Notes under the pieces: model-generated
Database searches by the model: none
The model's input: only the letters and a program-made list of their open reading frames with translations
What the model was told of the DNA's origin: nothing
Position numbers and translations under genes: made by a program
Assembly (NCBI GenBank): GCA_002104905.1
Contig: MCFE01000003.1
Span: 223,977-287,976, forward strand
Reading direction: 5' to 3'
DNA from: Basidiobolus meristosporus CBS 931.73
Lineage: Eukaryota > Fungi > Basidiobolomycota
DNA: 64,000 nucleotides
Shown here: one piece after another, positions 12,101 to 24,994 of the stretch
Layout of the letters: each line of letters opens with the position of its first letter
Numbering within the stretch: position 1 is the stretch's first letter

Positions 12101-14733
12101 ATACTCGAATTCCACTGCTTTTTCGACTGACGAATGCTTGATTATTGCCTTGATATGCTTGATATTGGACGCTTGGCAACCTGCCGGACATAATGGGAGA
12201 TCCTCTGGATTCGTGCACATTACTGCCCTTGATCATCGTACCAACTATTCCCACCCCAAACCAATCTCATACGATCCATTCAATCGGATATCTCCTTTGA
12301 AGGCGCTCTTTGACCTCTTTATTTACGGCAACCTCCCTACTAGCTTTCATTCACCAACTCTTTTGATGGTGCTTTGTTATGTTATCACCATTGGTTTTGG
12401 GGTTTTTAATAATCAATCTCAAGAAAACCTCGAATTACTGATCCACTCTCTTGAATCCGGGAATTTATGGTGCGAACACTTGGGTGCAACTATTGACAAA
12501 ACCTATAAGCAGAATGAAGGTAATGGCGTGACTATATAAGCGAATTGGCTCTTACCAAACTGACGTTGCTTCTACAGGCCTTGTACCCAAAGAATTTGTC
12601 TGGAAGGTTGCATTTGAACTCGAAAAGATGAAAAGCTACGACAATGTTGAACTGTTACCCAATCAGCAGCTCAGTCAAGAAATAACACAATTGCTTCCTC
12701 GCCTCCCAAAGATCTATCGCCATTCAGATTTAACCTCGTGGATCACTTGGACATTGACGCAGAAACCCAACGATCAAGGTATGCGTTAGAGAATGGAAAC
12801 ACCACATGTGAAATTTACTTAATATGATTCGATAGAGCATCTCAGGAATATGATCACGACTAGATTTTATCAGCAATTCAGTAAACCTTTCGTCATAACA
12901 GAAAATGGCCCTGGAACAGCTGTCCAGCGACTAGGTGTAGGTATTTTGACATACATTCTTCGCAAGGAATTGGCACGTGCCCTCAATGCACAATCATCCG
13001 AAACTTTGAGATCACTGCAACGTATTATTGAGATAGCCGTTAACGATACACCCTTGGAGTATAACAGCACAATACAGCTATTGAAAGACTTGCTGATGTC
13101 GCAACCGGAGAGACATCTTAACCCTCAAATGGAGTGTACAGCTGCTCAAGAGTTGACAAAATGGGCCCGGGAATGCTTGATTGCAGAACTACAAAGTATC
13201 GACACTGGAAATGACTTTTATGGATATCAAGTCACATCTGACAAGGTAAATTACAATCTAGTGTGACATCCAATTGAAACAATCGAATAATTTGGTTAGA
13301 ACAAGCAATTCTGGAGCATATATCTCGAAACTTTTCAAACCCACCTCAACCTTAGCTTCAGCGATCTCATCATTGAAGGGCTGGATAGTCAACATCCAAC
13401 TAAGCAGCAAATACAAGAAACAAGCGTATGGGTTGAAATGTGTTTCTCGATGAACAAAGTCATGAATGATCCAGCATGGACGAAGCCGATCCAACTACAA
13501 CTGAAAGAAGTATTCTCTCGATTCGGTGATAATTTCTGCAGTATTGAAGTTGGCTTCATTCACAATATATCATACGAAAACACCACTAATTATTTGGCCT
13601 TGGATTGTAGCAATTCTACTCGCGCTGTCCCACCTTTTTATTGGCTTTGGGCGAATGCTCAAATACCGACTTAGTGTGCTGCAGAACACATAACATTACT
13701 GTCTCGCACGCCATTAAGCAACTACAGACCAGTGTTTCTTCGATTATAAGTGGCACGTGGTGGTATGTGTTCATACACCGATTGATAAGCTCTTGCCCCG
13801 ATATCTAAAGTACTTTTAAGTGAGGGCCAACCCAGCTCCGCAGCCCAACCAGATCCATATAGTCTGGCTTGTGCCGTCCATAATCACATTGAGGATATCT
13901 TGAACTCGGCAATTTCAGAGGAAGGTGACCAAGCAGCAAGAATCGTAAGTGGGCTATCTGGTCTTCTTAAATACTTCAAACAGCATACTTCGAATCGACT
14001 ATATTATGTGGAGAAGAAGAAAAATGAGGATTTCGTTTGCATCCTTTACGAAAAGTGTGTGTGGAAAATCATACAACTGCTTTCGGAAGATTTCGTTCGT
14101 CTGGGAACAACACTTGCCTCGTTAATATTTGGCGATACGACTTTCGCAGACCTGACTACCTTCAAGCTCACGTTCTATAAAGAGCTCGTATTAGGGATTC
14201 TATGTACACAGCCACAAGTACTGCAGACTCTTTCGTTTGAATGGCACTCGAAACATTCACCGAGATCCAAAACTCTCACTACCACTGGCCTCAGCTGGTG
14301 CCTGTATTTACAGCTTACTCTAATTCTGACATCCAAATTAGAGAGAGATTTCGGGCCGTTTGAACCTAAATACGTGGCACGATATTACTTCATCAACGTG
14401 CTACCGGCCTATCTCAACTTTCAACAGCATCTGTTTAGCGCATCCGCCCTGTATTACTATCCACTTGTTATCAACAACGCTGTACGACGCATGATTGAGC
14501 GCTGGAACAGCTCTCTGCTCCCCCTTGCTTCCAAAAACCCTGAAGAGATCGCTTTGGACCCCCTTTCACACGAATCCACCAAGACATTAATCACGAGTCT
14601 GTGGGCCTTGGACCCTACCATTGGTACCCAGATTAAGCAACTTTGGGTACATCTCAATCTGAAACCTAGGTGTACGGGAACACCAGTGAATCACCTGAAG
14701 AGAAAAGCACCACTTGTTATCGAAATAGATTAA
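9109..14733 (+). CDS. FANCA: Fanconi anaemia group A (FANCA)-like protein, multi-exon; exon boundaries only partly resolved
   Basis: Consecutive exons give 'YLENAIEHYDSNLLVLVLNFAWIAESEKAFRHINGYRIWVQ', 'TKRKAQFLFTTLSNMVPYQSSKALQ' (ends 10973), 'SRWRAIVNDYVTLLKTRLLDMG' (ends 11127) and 'IGKILTSFSLSSRIPQALLESIVFRNRWYLNTFLPELM...TRASLIENLYKNGKI'. These are colinear with human FANCA as I recall it ([25 protein letters not shown] / [20 protein letters not shown] / [38 protein letters not shown]...SRVAFIESLKRADKI). The Leu-rich helical ORFs 9556, 10300, 11217, 12850, 13438 and 13900 are linked by GT-AG introns. The start at 9109 is a best guess. Confidence 0.8.
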
Positions 14734-15536
14734 TCTCGCCAAACACCTCCACCCCCCTCCCCTCAACCATCCCTCGCCGATCATCCGTGTATTTATCAAT
14801 AGAAATGTGATTGATTTGTGTATCACTCCTTGAACCAAGTGACTTATCCATCAAACATCCATGCGATTGGGTCAAGGTCATAGGGCTTCGAATCGTATGA
14901 TTTAGTATTGCGCTTCAATATGGAAATATTACGCGTTCGCGCCGGGTGCAGTTGGTATGTAGCGCCTACGTAATTCTCGGTGACATTCCCACAAAGCAGA
15001 TATTATTGTGACCAATGATGCGGTCAGTGGCCATGTAATCTTGAGCCCCATTGGCCAAAATTGCTAGGATCAATGGATGAGAGGGAGCTTTTGAGACTGG
15101 TAGCTTCAGACATGCATCATTTCAAGGGATCAGCCATAGGATCGCCACACACATTCACAATGGAACACCCATAGAATTGGTGGATCTCCGTTAGAGAGGA
15201 GAGGAAAAATTTTCGTGACAAGTTGTCGAAAAAATTCTTGACAAGGGTAGGAATCCTCCCTTTTTTTTAAAATTTCTCCAAGCGCAAGTAGCATCCCCTC
15301 GTTCCGTATTTCTTTTTTGTTTTTTGTGTTTTATTTAGTTCCATTTTGGTGACTTTGTCAATTTCTTGTCAGTATATTTATGTATCTGTGAATGCGTTGG
15401 TGAACTGTCGTGTATTAACTTATCGTTATTGATCTATTTATTCGCTCTGTAAATCGTTGACGCTCCCTCCCCACTGTGTGTTGAATTTTGTCATTTTCCG
15501 CGAACTTTTCTTCTGGGGAACCGTCGAATTTAGAAT

Positions 15537-16561
15537 ATGTCATCGGATCGTAAGACTGGTCGCGTCAAGTTCTTCAACTGTCAAAAAGGTTACGGCTTCA
15601 TCATCCCTGACGATGCCGCCGAAACTGGAACTGCTGAAAGTATGTATTTTTCAGTTTACTTTGAGATAGGTGGCCATATTCGCGACACTTGCTCGGAGGT
15701 GCTTGTTTCCAACGCATTTGTTTCTGCTTGAAAGTTTACCGATGATGGTTGTGTTTTGTGTGCCCAGTGAAAGTAGCGGGTGGCATTGTTCGTGCTATCT
15801 ACTCTTGCCTCTCACGTCCTCGCCCCTTCCACTTTCCCTCAATTAATCCAAATCCCTTCGCTTGTAGTTTTCGTACATCATAGCGCTATCCATAACGATG
15901 GCGGTTTCAAGAGTCTCGCTGAGGTATCCACATACTCCTCTTCAACCTACTAATTATAAGTGCGCTGATCGTTCGCGTAATAGGGCGAAGAAGTTGAGTA
16001 TGATTTAGTCCAAGGACCTAAGGGTATGCAAGCAGCCAACGTTTCAGGCCCCAACGGCGGTTCTGTTCGTGGCGCCCCCAACTTTTCTAGAGGTGGCTAC
16101 GGAGGGTTAGTTCGAAGGTTACATAAGGAACGCACATCTTGTTGCTGTTGCTAATGCCAACTCTTTCATAGTGGTTACAACAAGTTTGGAGGATACGGTG
16201 CACCAGGTAAGCATGAGGTCAGGTACAGCTCTCGGGCGATTCTAACCCATTAATCGACCCGACTTTAGCTGGTTATGGTCATATGGCCCAGGGCGGCTAT
16301 GGTCAATACCAACCCTCCGGCTACGGTGGTCAAGGTGGATACGGACAATACCCACAATCATATGGTGGTCAGCAGAATTTCGGTAATCAAGGTGGATTTG
16401 GTGGTGCTGGCTACGGCTATGGCAACCAATCCTTCGGCCACGGACCTGGTGGTTACGGCCAATCCTATGGCCAACAACAGCAACAACCACAGCAGCCTTA
16501 CAACGGCGAGTTTAACCAGCCTTCTGGCTATGATAACTCCAACCAAGGCGCTCAATACTAA
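15537..16561 (+). CDS. Cold-shock-domain RNA-binding protein with a G/Y/Q-rich tail, ~202 aa; join(15537..15639,15868..15923,15984..16105,16172..16206,16269..16561)
   Basis: RNP1 'KGYGFI' and RNP2 'IFVHH', then '[32 protein letters not shown]'. Four canonical introns keep the frame into a GYG/SYG/Q-rich C-terminus. Confidence 0.92.
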
Positions 16562-16926
16562 GGGCCAAGCCTGGCTACCAACTCTCTATTTTTACTGCAA
16601 CTACTTCGTGTGACTTAACTCTTGTATTTTGAAAACATTCCAATCTATAATGTGTTAGGAGCCAAAAACCCATCAAAAAAATCCCCCATTTCCTACACGG
16701 ATTATCCACTCGCGATTGCGTGAACGGCATTTGTAGTGTATAGGTCTCTTTAACTTTCGATTTCTTTCTTGTCAAATGTCTGAGCGCAGTCCTGATCTAT
16801 CTCCCCTACTTTTCTATACACCTATGACGTGTTTCTTGTAGCGATATTCTTTTACTTCTTGAATTTTTCATTTTCTTGAGCGAAAGAACACTTTATTTAA
16901 TAATAAACCACAGGAAATGTACGCAG

Positions 16927-18508
16927 TCAGTTGTCGATCTCCTTGCAGGAGGAGTACTCGTCAAGCAAAGTGAGCGCGGCACCCAGCGACCAGCTCGTCT
17001 CGATGTCGTCGATCTTCTTGGCCACCTTCAGCGGAGTGTCCAGTGGGATCTCGTAGGCGTGGTGCAGCAAGGAGAACAGGTACGAGAGGTCTAAGCAGTC
17101 GTGGAATCTATCGGGTTGCATGAAGAACTTGACCGCCTCGCTCTCGGAGAGCTCGGGGAAAAAGGTTCTTTCACAGATCTTTTTGTTGGCCTCTTGGATC
17201 TCCCAGAGTCCAATGTTTTGCTTGAAGCCCAGGCGTTGGGTGATGTCGTGGAAGTAGGAGAATATGTAGATCTCTTGGTGGGTGAAGGTTTCGGTGAGTT
17301 TTGGTTGATAAATGCCGTTGAATGAACACGGTGACGTTGGGCATTCAACCGACTTGTCGAGCATCTTGTACATCAATTCGTGACATTGTTCCATGCCAGT
17401 GGCGATGCCTACCAGGGTGAGTGTGCGTTCGCCAGCCTCGGTGGGGATTTCCCACTTTTGAGAAGTGCGAGGGAAGAGGCAGGGGTGGGGGATGACTATC
17501 TGATGGGCTTCGCTGCTCTGAGCGACCAATGCTTTGGCTTGTTTGCGTGCTTCCATCAGCCCATAGCCCAAGTGGCTGTGTTGGTAGAGGATATGCTCGC
17601 GTGGGCCGAATTTGAGCCTGTATTGATGCTCTTCTGGGAATTCGTGACTCTCACTAAGCGTCGGTTCGAACACGATTTGTGTAGAGCCGCCGCCTAGATC
17701 CAAAATCGCAACGGTGGGCTTCTGCTTCTCCTGACCAATGTTCTTGAGAAGATAGTTCACCGTGATCCATGCGTAGACCCCTAGGAAGTATCCAAAATGA
17801 ACTTAGCTACTGAAATGCCATCCACTGCTGCTGCTCGACTTACCTTCTTTCGCACCATCCAGAATGGCAACGCCTTCATCCTTGGTGAGCGGAAAGGGGT
17901 AATTCTCGACAAGTCTTTCTTCAACCGCTTTCAGGATTTCAGCGCTCTTTTCTTCACCAAGCAATCTCAACCCGGCGGTGGCTTTGACGGTGATTGGGGT
18001 ACATTTGTGCAAGTGTTTAGGAATTTTCTTCAAGGCGTGATCAATCAAAGGATCCAAACTCTTCGCAGCAATGTGCGGTTCTTCGGAGTATGCCGATAGA
18101 CCAGGCTCTACCTGTTCAAAAAGCTCATCAAGAAGTTTCACTTCATTTGAGCAACGCTCAAAAGTATACACATGAATCCGAGAGCCAGTTGAGCCAGCAT
18201 CAATGATAGAAACATATTCTTGTTTACAGCCTAAACGGATAGTAGTCAAAGCAGAACACCATGAGTACTGCGAGTAGAAACAAGCCACAAGGTGATTTTC
18301 CAGTAGCCTTACCTGAAGGGTTGCTTGTGAAGTAAAACCAAGTAATAAAGGAAAATATGATAAGTAAGAAGATTGGCTTCACTCGATCATTCGAAAGGTC
18401 TGTGCGCTTTTCTGCAACGTTTTTCGGCACCTCCTTAGGTGAGCCTGAAGGATCGCTTTTCCCTTCCGAAGTTTCTCGCTTACGTTTAGTCAGCTTGACT
18501 TCAGTCAT
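16927..18508 (-). CDS. GDA1: GDA1/CD39-family nucleoside diphosphatase (Golgi guanosine diphosphatase), ~478 aa; join(18313..18508,17844..18230,16927..17780)
   Basis: Single N-terminal TM segment (IFLLIIFSFITWFYF). Apyrase conserved regions DAGSTGSR, ATAGLRLL, EGVYAWITVNY, DLGGGSTQ and WSLGA. Two GTAAG..AG introns. Confidence 0.92.
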
Positions 18509-19360
18509 CTTTGAGTTTCACTGTTGGATTTCTTATAAGTGGTTGTGATGATGCCCCGGAAGCATGGAGCTATTTTAATACTTAGGAGCAGTTCCAAACC
18601 AACGTCACTGTGGTTACTACGTTCACTCCCCTTGTTACCCGTTCGAATACCTAGGAAGTGTGAAGATTTCACTGATCAAAATACCAATTTAGTATAATTG
18701 CTGGACAATATCATGAAGAATCTGTGCTTTGCTGGAGGAGACAAAATGGGGCTGGTTCCTTGTTCCCGGATGATCCACCGGCGATCCAACAATCCCAACA
18801 AAATTAGTATATCACAAAGTAGGATAAGCATCGAATTTAAAGCAAATTAGAAGCAAGAATTCAAGGTTTAAAGTAAAGTAGCAGCAGGAATTACTTAATC
18901 CGCCGGCCTGCATCTGAAGTTGCTATCCGATATTTGCTTCTTCGATGCGTCGCAGTTTATAATCGATAAACGAGATCACGCGATTGCTAAACTAAAGTGC
19001 GGAATTCGTAAGTTCATGTAGCACAGAGACAGAATTCGCAGGCACTGCATATTTTTCACAGCACGATTCTTTCCCGACTGGAGCTGTTGCCCGGTTTTCA
19101 GGAACTCTAAGAGGTGGATTGGAATTTCTCACGAGCGATGGTGGAAGCACATCTCTCCCATATTTGAATGCGAATGGTGCTACAGCTGCTCGTAACTGTT
19201 GTGACCTCAAACCTACTACCAGCTTTCGAGATGGATTCGAAAATGTCGCACCAATAACGACGGTTTGAGATTTAAGCTTGCCTCGAAGTATAAATACTAA
19301 GGCACTGCTACTGCTCAAGGCACATCTCAAGTCTTACTATCATTGCAGCTTATTTTGAAA

Positions 19361-21982
19361 ATGAGATTGCAACAACTGTTCCTCTTATCCGCTCTTCTCC
19401 TCGCCGAAAGTGCTCTTGGTAGTAGACCTATCGGAGTTCTGAAATCTGTTCCTGCGGGCTTTGGTGAGGGCACTGCCACCAGTGTCGTTCCCCATGCATA
19501 CATCGTCGAGTTCGACGAGAATGGTGATCACGCAGCCAAGGTCAAGGCCCAGGATCTACTTCGCGCTGGTTTGAAGAAGCAGGGAATTGAATTCCAAGAA
19601 CGCGCCGTCTTCACCGATTCCTTCAACGGTCTTTCCTTGAATGTGGGTGTCGAGCACCTCGATTTCTTGGCTTCATTCGAAGGGGTCAAGGCGATCTGGC
19701 CAATTGTAAGATTCCTCTGCCGTGGTACTTCACACACCAATCCATTACTAATCCTGAGCATCATTTAGACTCAACATGTGAAGAGTGCTGCCGTTGCGAA
19801 GCCTGCTGCTTCCGGAAGTCTTCCTGCCAACCTTATCTCTGACCCTCATGTGATGACTGGTGTCGATAAGGTACACAAGTTGCTCAAGAATACCGGTGAA
19901 GGAATCAGGGTTGGTGTGATCGATACCGGTATCGATTATAGCCATCCCGCCCTTGGCGGCTGCTTCAAGAGCAAGAACTGCCGAGTCCAATACGGTTATG
20001 ACTTTGTCGGTGACGAGTATAACGGTACCCTTGGCTCCCTCAAAGGTGACGAGGACCCCAAAGATTGCCAGGGTCACGGAACCCATGTTGCTGGTATCAT
20101 CGGTGCCAATGACAAGAATTTCATTGGTGTCGCCCCCAAGGTTACCTTCGGTGCCTACAAAGTCTTCGGTTGCACCGGTGGTGCCCCAAGTGACATGATC
20201 ATTAAGGCCATCGAAAAGAGCGTCGCTGATAAGATGGATGTCATCAATCTCTCTCTAGGAAGTCCCCTTCCATTCCCCGATGATCCGATCACCAGAGCCA
20301 TTAACAGAGCGGCCGAGGCCGGAGTTGTTCCTTGCATTTCTGCTGGTAACGATGGTATGAACGGTCTATGGACTGTTGGTAGACCATCTACAGCCAAGAG
20401 CGCTATCTCCATCGCTTCTTTCGACAACGTCAAATATCCTGGTCAGGCGTTCACCATTCACGAGGACAAGGGCAAACAGTTTGTTGCTGGTTATGAAGGT
20501 TTGAAGGCAGTATCCATCAAAGGTGCCTCCTTTGCCATTGCTAAAACCGGTGGCTGCAATCCTTTGAACGAAGACCTTACTGGTAAGGTTGTTTTGTTCT
20601 TCAAGTCCGAGTCGTGTGACTTGGTTGTGAAGGGGCTCAATGCTCAGAAAGCTGGAGCCGTGGGTGCTTTTGTGTATTCTACCACCTTCGGTGCCTACGT
20701 CCCAACATCCATGGATCCCGCCCTCAAGATCCCCCTGATGGGACTTCAAGCTAGTGATGCTGCTTATCTCAATGCTCTTTACGAGAAAAATCCCAAGCTT
20801 ACCATCACCTTCGATCCTAAACATCAACTCTACACCAACCCCAATGGAGGAAAGCCATCTTCCTTCACCGCATGGGGCCCTGACTTCGAGCTCAACTTCA
20901 AGCCTGATGTTGGTGCTCCAGGTGGTATCATCTATTCCACATACCCAGTTGCTAAGGGTGCCTATGCTCACTTGCGTGGTACCTCTATGGCCTCTCCTTA
21001 CACTGCTGGTTCCGTGGCCCTTTACCTCAAGTCCAAAGGCAAGGTCAACCCTCTTGCTGTGCGCTCTGTCCTTCAAAATACCGCAAACCCTGTCAGAGAA
21101 CTGAACTTCAAGGGAATCACTTCTGCCGGAAAGCAAGGAGCTGGTTTGCTCAATCTCTGGGATGCTATTCACACTGACACTTTCGTCTCGCCATCCAAGT
21201 TCGCGTTGAACGATACCGTCCATTTCAACGGAGTCCATACTCTCACCGTTGAAAACAAGGGCAAGAGACCTATCACCTACGCTGTTGACCACTATCCTGC
21301 TGTCTCAGTGAATGGTTATGACAACAAGGGCTACCCCGTTCTTCAGAATGCCTTTGTATTATCCGGCGCTGGAGCCTCTGTCAAAGCCTCCCCATCCACC
21401 GTTACCGTCCGTCCTGGTCAGAGCAAGAAAGTGAAGATCACAGTGACTCCACCTCGTTTCGACAGAAAAGATTTCTGGGTTTACTCCGGATATGTCCAAT
21501 TCAAGCCTCTGAACGGCAAGAGCAATGTCGTCCGTGTTCCTTACTCTGGAGTCGCTGGGGATCATCACAGCAGAAAGGTGTTAGAACTCAAGGGCGAGAA
21601 GGCTCCAGTGGTTGTTGACTTCACTACTCGTGTCCCCAAGAAGGAATACACCCTTGTTGGCGCCGATATTCCCCTCATCCAATTCCCATTGATCCACCCA
21701 ACTAAGTATCTCTCAGTTGCTTTGGCTGATGTCAAAGGTAAGGAAGTTGGACTTATCACCCTCAGTGAAGGTGGTATCAACCGCAACTACCCTGGCACAA
21801 CCACTAGCATCAAGTTCGATGGAATTATCACAGTGGTAGAGAAGGGCGAAGCCAAGGAAGTTCCAGCTCCATCCGGCACTTACACCGTGGTGATCAGGGG
21901 TCTCAGACCATTCGGAGTCAAAACCAAACCTGAGGACTTTGATACCTGGGTCTCCGCTCCATTTGTAGTCAAGCGTTCCTAA
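19361..21982 (+). CDS. Secreted subtilisin-like serine protease (S8; signal peptide, I9 prodomain, PA insert, Fn3-like C-terminal domain), ~852 aa; join(19361..19705,19769..21982)
   Basis: Signal peptide MRLQQLFLLSALLLAESALG; prodomain 'YIVEF'; catalytic triad motifs VIDTGID, HGTHVAG and GTSMASP. Phase-0 intron 19706-19768; TATA-like TATAAAT near 19288. Confidence 0.95.
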
Positions 21983-22939
21983 GGAATCAATTTCGTTAGC
22001 ATTTTATACTACTGTTCGTAATTCGCCTAATACTATACGTGGCTACCTAATAAAAGCTGCTGTCACACGGTGATAAGCAAGTCCGATTATAGTACACATA
22101 CAAGTTAAAAAATACATACATCCATAGAGATTTTGATTACCGAAATCCAAATGAACAGTTGCCAGCTGCTTTGGGTTCGAGCGCCGATATCAATTCCCGG
22201 TGATGATGGGATGCAACAGCCTACACATATTTCCATTGAAGTGAACAAAATGTATCACTGCAAAGATTCTAGCATAATATCCTAATAATGTGATATTGAA
22301 GCGTTGGCCATGTATCTAAAATAACTCAAGAATGTCGATCACATTCAGATATGCCAATCTACTGCGCCCAAGAGAAAAGCTGGGAATTACTTGGTATTGC
22401 AATTAGCTAGCGCAGCACCAAAGTTCTTATACAACCGGGGTTTCTACTTGGCATATTGTCAAATTTATGGAATTTTGGATGTCCTGGACAAATCCTTTTT
22501 CAATATCATATATGTAAAGGCTGCATTATTTGATTACTGTGTTATGTGACCAGGATGGAGTACCTTATCAATCTTGGGAATGGATGTGTGTGTTGTAATT
22601 ATTGAATTGTCACCTAAATATTCATGCTAACTTAGTCACATAGATCTTATTCTGTGATTAGCATTCTGTCCTGACTAGATTTCTTGTCGGGATTTACTTA
22701 GAATATTTTCACCAAATTGTCAGGTACCCAGATTATTATTTTTCTCAAAGTCGTCCAAAAGACCCCAAACTTTGCACACATATTCTTGGGACCTTCCTTA
22801 ACAAACTCTACACGTTTGTTTCCTCTACTTTATCAAAAGTATAAATACCATACTTTTGATCAATAAATCTACAAGTGAATAACATGTAAATCCTCTAGTT
22901 CTCCACATCACTTCCAATACTCCTCAGAATATTGCAACA

Positions 22940-22951
22940 GGTTATGAGCCC
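22940..22951 (+). other. Primer-binding site complementary to the tRNAiMet anticodon arm (half-tRNA priming, copia/Ty5 type); also at 25905-25916 and, with one mismatch, at 57890-57901
   Basis: GGTTATGAGCCC is the reverse complement of GGGCTCATAACC in initiator tRNA-Met and directly abuts the LTR's terminal CA. Confidence 0.88.
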
Positions 22952-24994
22952 CGAGCTTGCTGTCCTCTTGGTGTCTACTATGCTTTGGATCCTTTTCTGC
23001 TAGTCTGGAGAAAGACTTTCCGCACTATTGCTCTGCTAAGGTTAAAGAAGACTACCGCTGCTAAAGGACTATGTTTATGAGGATATTGCTGTGGAGAAGA
23101 AGGCCTTGCCTTTAAAAGATGCCTTCAGTAACTATCCAAGTTAGTTATGAAGAAGAGTCAATCAAACTGGCATGTAATTGTGTCAAGAAATATAGTATGT
23201 TGGTGCTCTACCACTACTGAAGAAAATTGCATAATTCCAGCAATTGAGGGTCCAGATCTACAATGAAATATACTGCAATATGTATTCATATGACCCCAAT
23301 TGACTGTTAGACGAGCTTTTGGATAGGATATTATCCTGAATTGCAAAAGAAAAAAATATAGATCATTATTAATGATTGCCGGAGGAGGATTTTACCAAAA
23401 ATCTGTTGCCACTCAAAATACAGCTGAGAATGCAAATACTGGAGCTGTTAGCCGCCATTCTGGACTATCTACTGATGGAAAAAGATCTCAGAAACAAGCT
23501 TCCTGAATTGTAAGGATCCCAATGATATATGATACATATATATCCACCTGGAGTACAGATATGTACTACACAATCCATTAGAAGAATGCTATAATTGTAT
23601 CAAGTGTTTTGATACTGAAACCAGTGTACCAGGAGCTAAATATGGAGCTGTTAGACGTGCTATCACTCTGTTTAAGTCTCAAAACAGTGGGAGAAAGTAT
23701 TATACAAATTTAGCAAAATCAACTCATGAAGATTCTACCGCCAGCCAAAGGAGTGAAGCATATAATTGCAAGCCTGATTGGAGTATACAACCAAGCAACA
23801 GTTGGTCAGTACACAGCTAAGAGCCACTCAGAAGATAACACAGTACTTTATACTTGTTATATATATATCACTTATTACAGTGGGAGAAAACACTTGGTGA
23901 TATTTAACTTCTCTGTATCAGATCAGAAGAATTTTGATTGATCAAGTCACCGCCAAGTTCTGCAACTCAAAATACTGATATATTGGAGTCTGATACCAAA
24001 GTATTGATGAAGCTAGCTATCAAATGCAGTTTATTTGATCAAATTTGGTCAACTCTATCAAAAGTTATGAATGATCTAAGTGGATGCCGATTTTGATTAT
24101 TTCACTCTCAAATAGTCAGATATTCTGGAACAATGATGTCATGGAGACTCTTGTGCTCAAAAACACCGTGGTCCTACCTGCAAGGAAGTCCAGAACCACC
24201 CCACAAAAGGAATTATCCCTGGGTCATCAGCAGAAAAAGAAAAGAAGAAAAAATGGAAAATACTACTACCGCAAACTAGGGTACATCCCAAATGGTGCCA
24301 AAACTTATGTAGGCCATATTTGGACTATCTGGCAATGCAGATATGTTCTATGGAGCCTCTTGTACGAAGTTCTCAAGCTAGAAACCCCAGAAGAGCCTTG
24401 AAACTTCAACAGGATCTGTTAGATATTGTAGTATATATTGGAACAGATTATTTAGTGCAGAAGTCTTGATGTCTGCTGTCTATGGAGCTGAAAGAAAAAG
24501 GTGCAAGGATCAACCAGATGGTTTTTATGGATCCTGAAGACACTGAGAAGATCAGTTAGCCTTGGAAACCGAGCTCAAGGTTGAAAATAACTATCAGGAG
24601 AATAAGGATAATCAAAGCCCTTGTTAAGGAGAATCTCACTTCTGGAAAAGCGCCAATCTCTATTCTACAAGTATATTCTGATAAGACAAAAGCAGCTGTA
24701 TCAATCCAAATCAGTAGAAGCACTCTAAGAATAGCTACCAAACAACCCATGGTGTTGTCCAATACCAAACTGGGTAAATCAAGAAGCAAATGGACTTTGA
24801 ATCTACCGCATATGAAGTAATCAGTCCAAAGAAAGTTATTGCTATTTAAAGAAGACAAAGATGACCATTCTAGATCATATTTGTGGATCTGAATCACTAA
24901 ACAGACGTGGTTCAAGTGGGAGCAGGCCATCCCAGCTCAGAGTTGAGCAAAAACCTTCTTTTTTTGGCCCATGTTATATGTGCCACAGTGCCAG

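Noticed and set aside
14931-15250. ACGCGT (MCB-like) and GAAAAATTTT (RRPE-like) motifs upstream of the cold-shock gene
   Set aside because: Short motifs expected by chance, with no conservation data.
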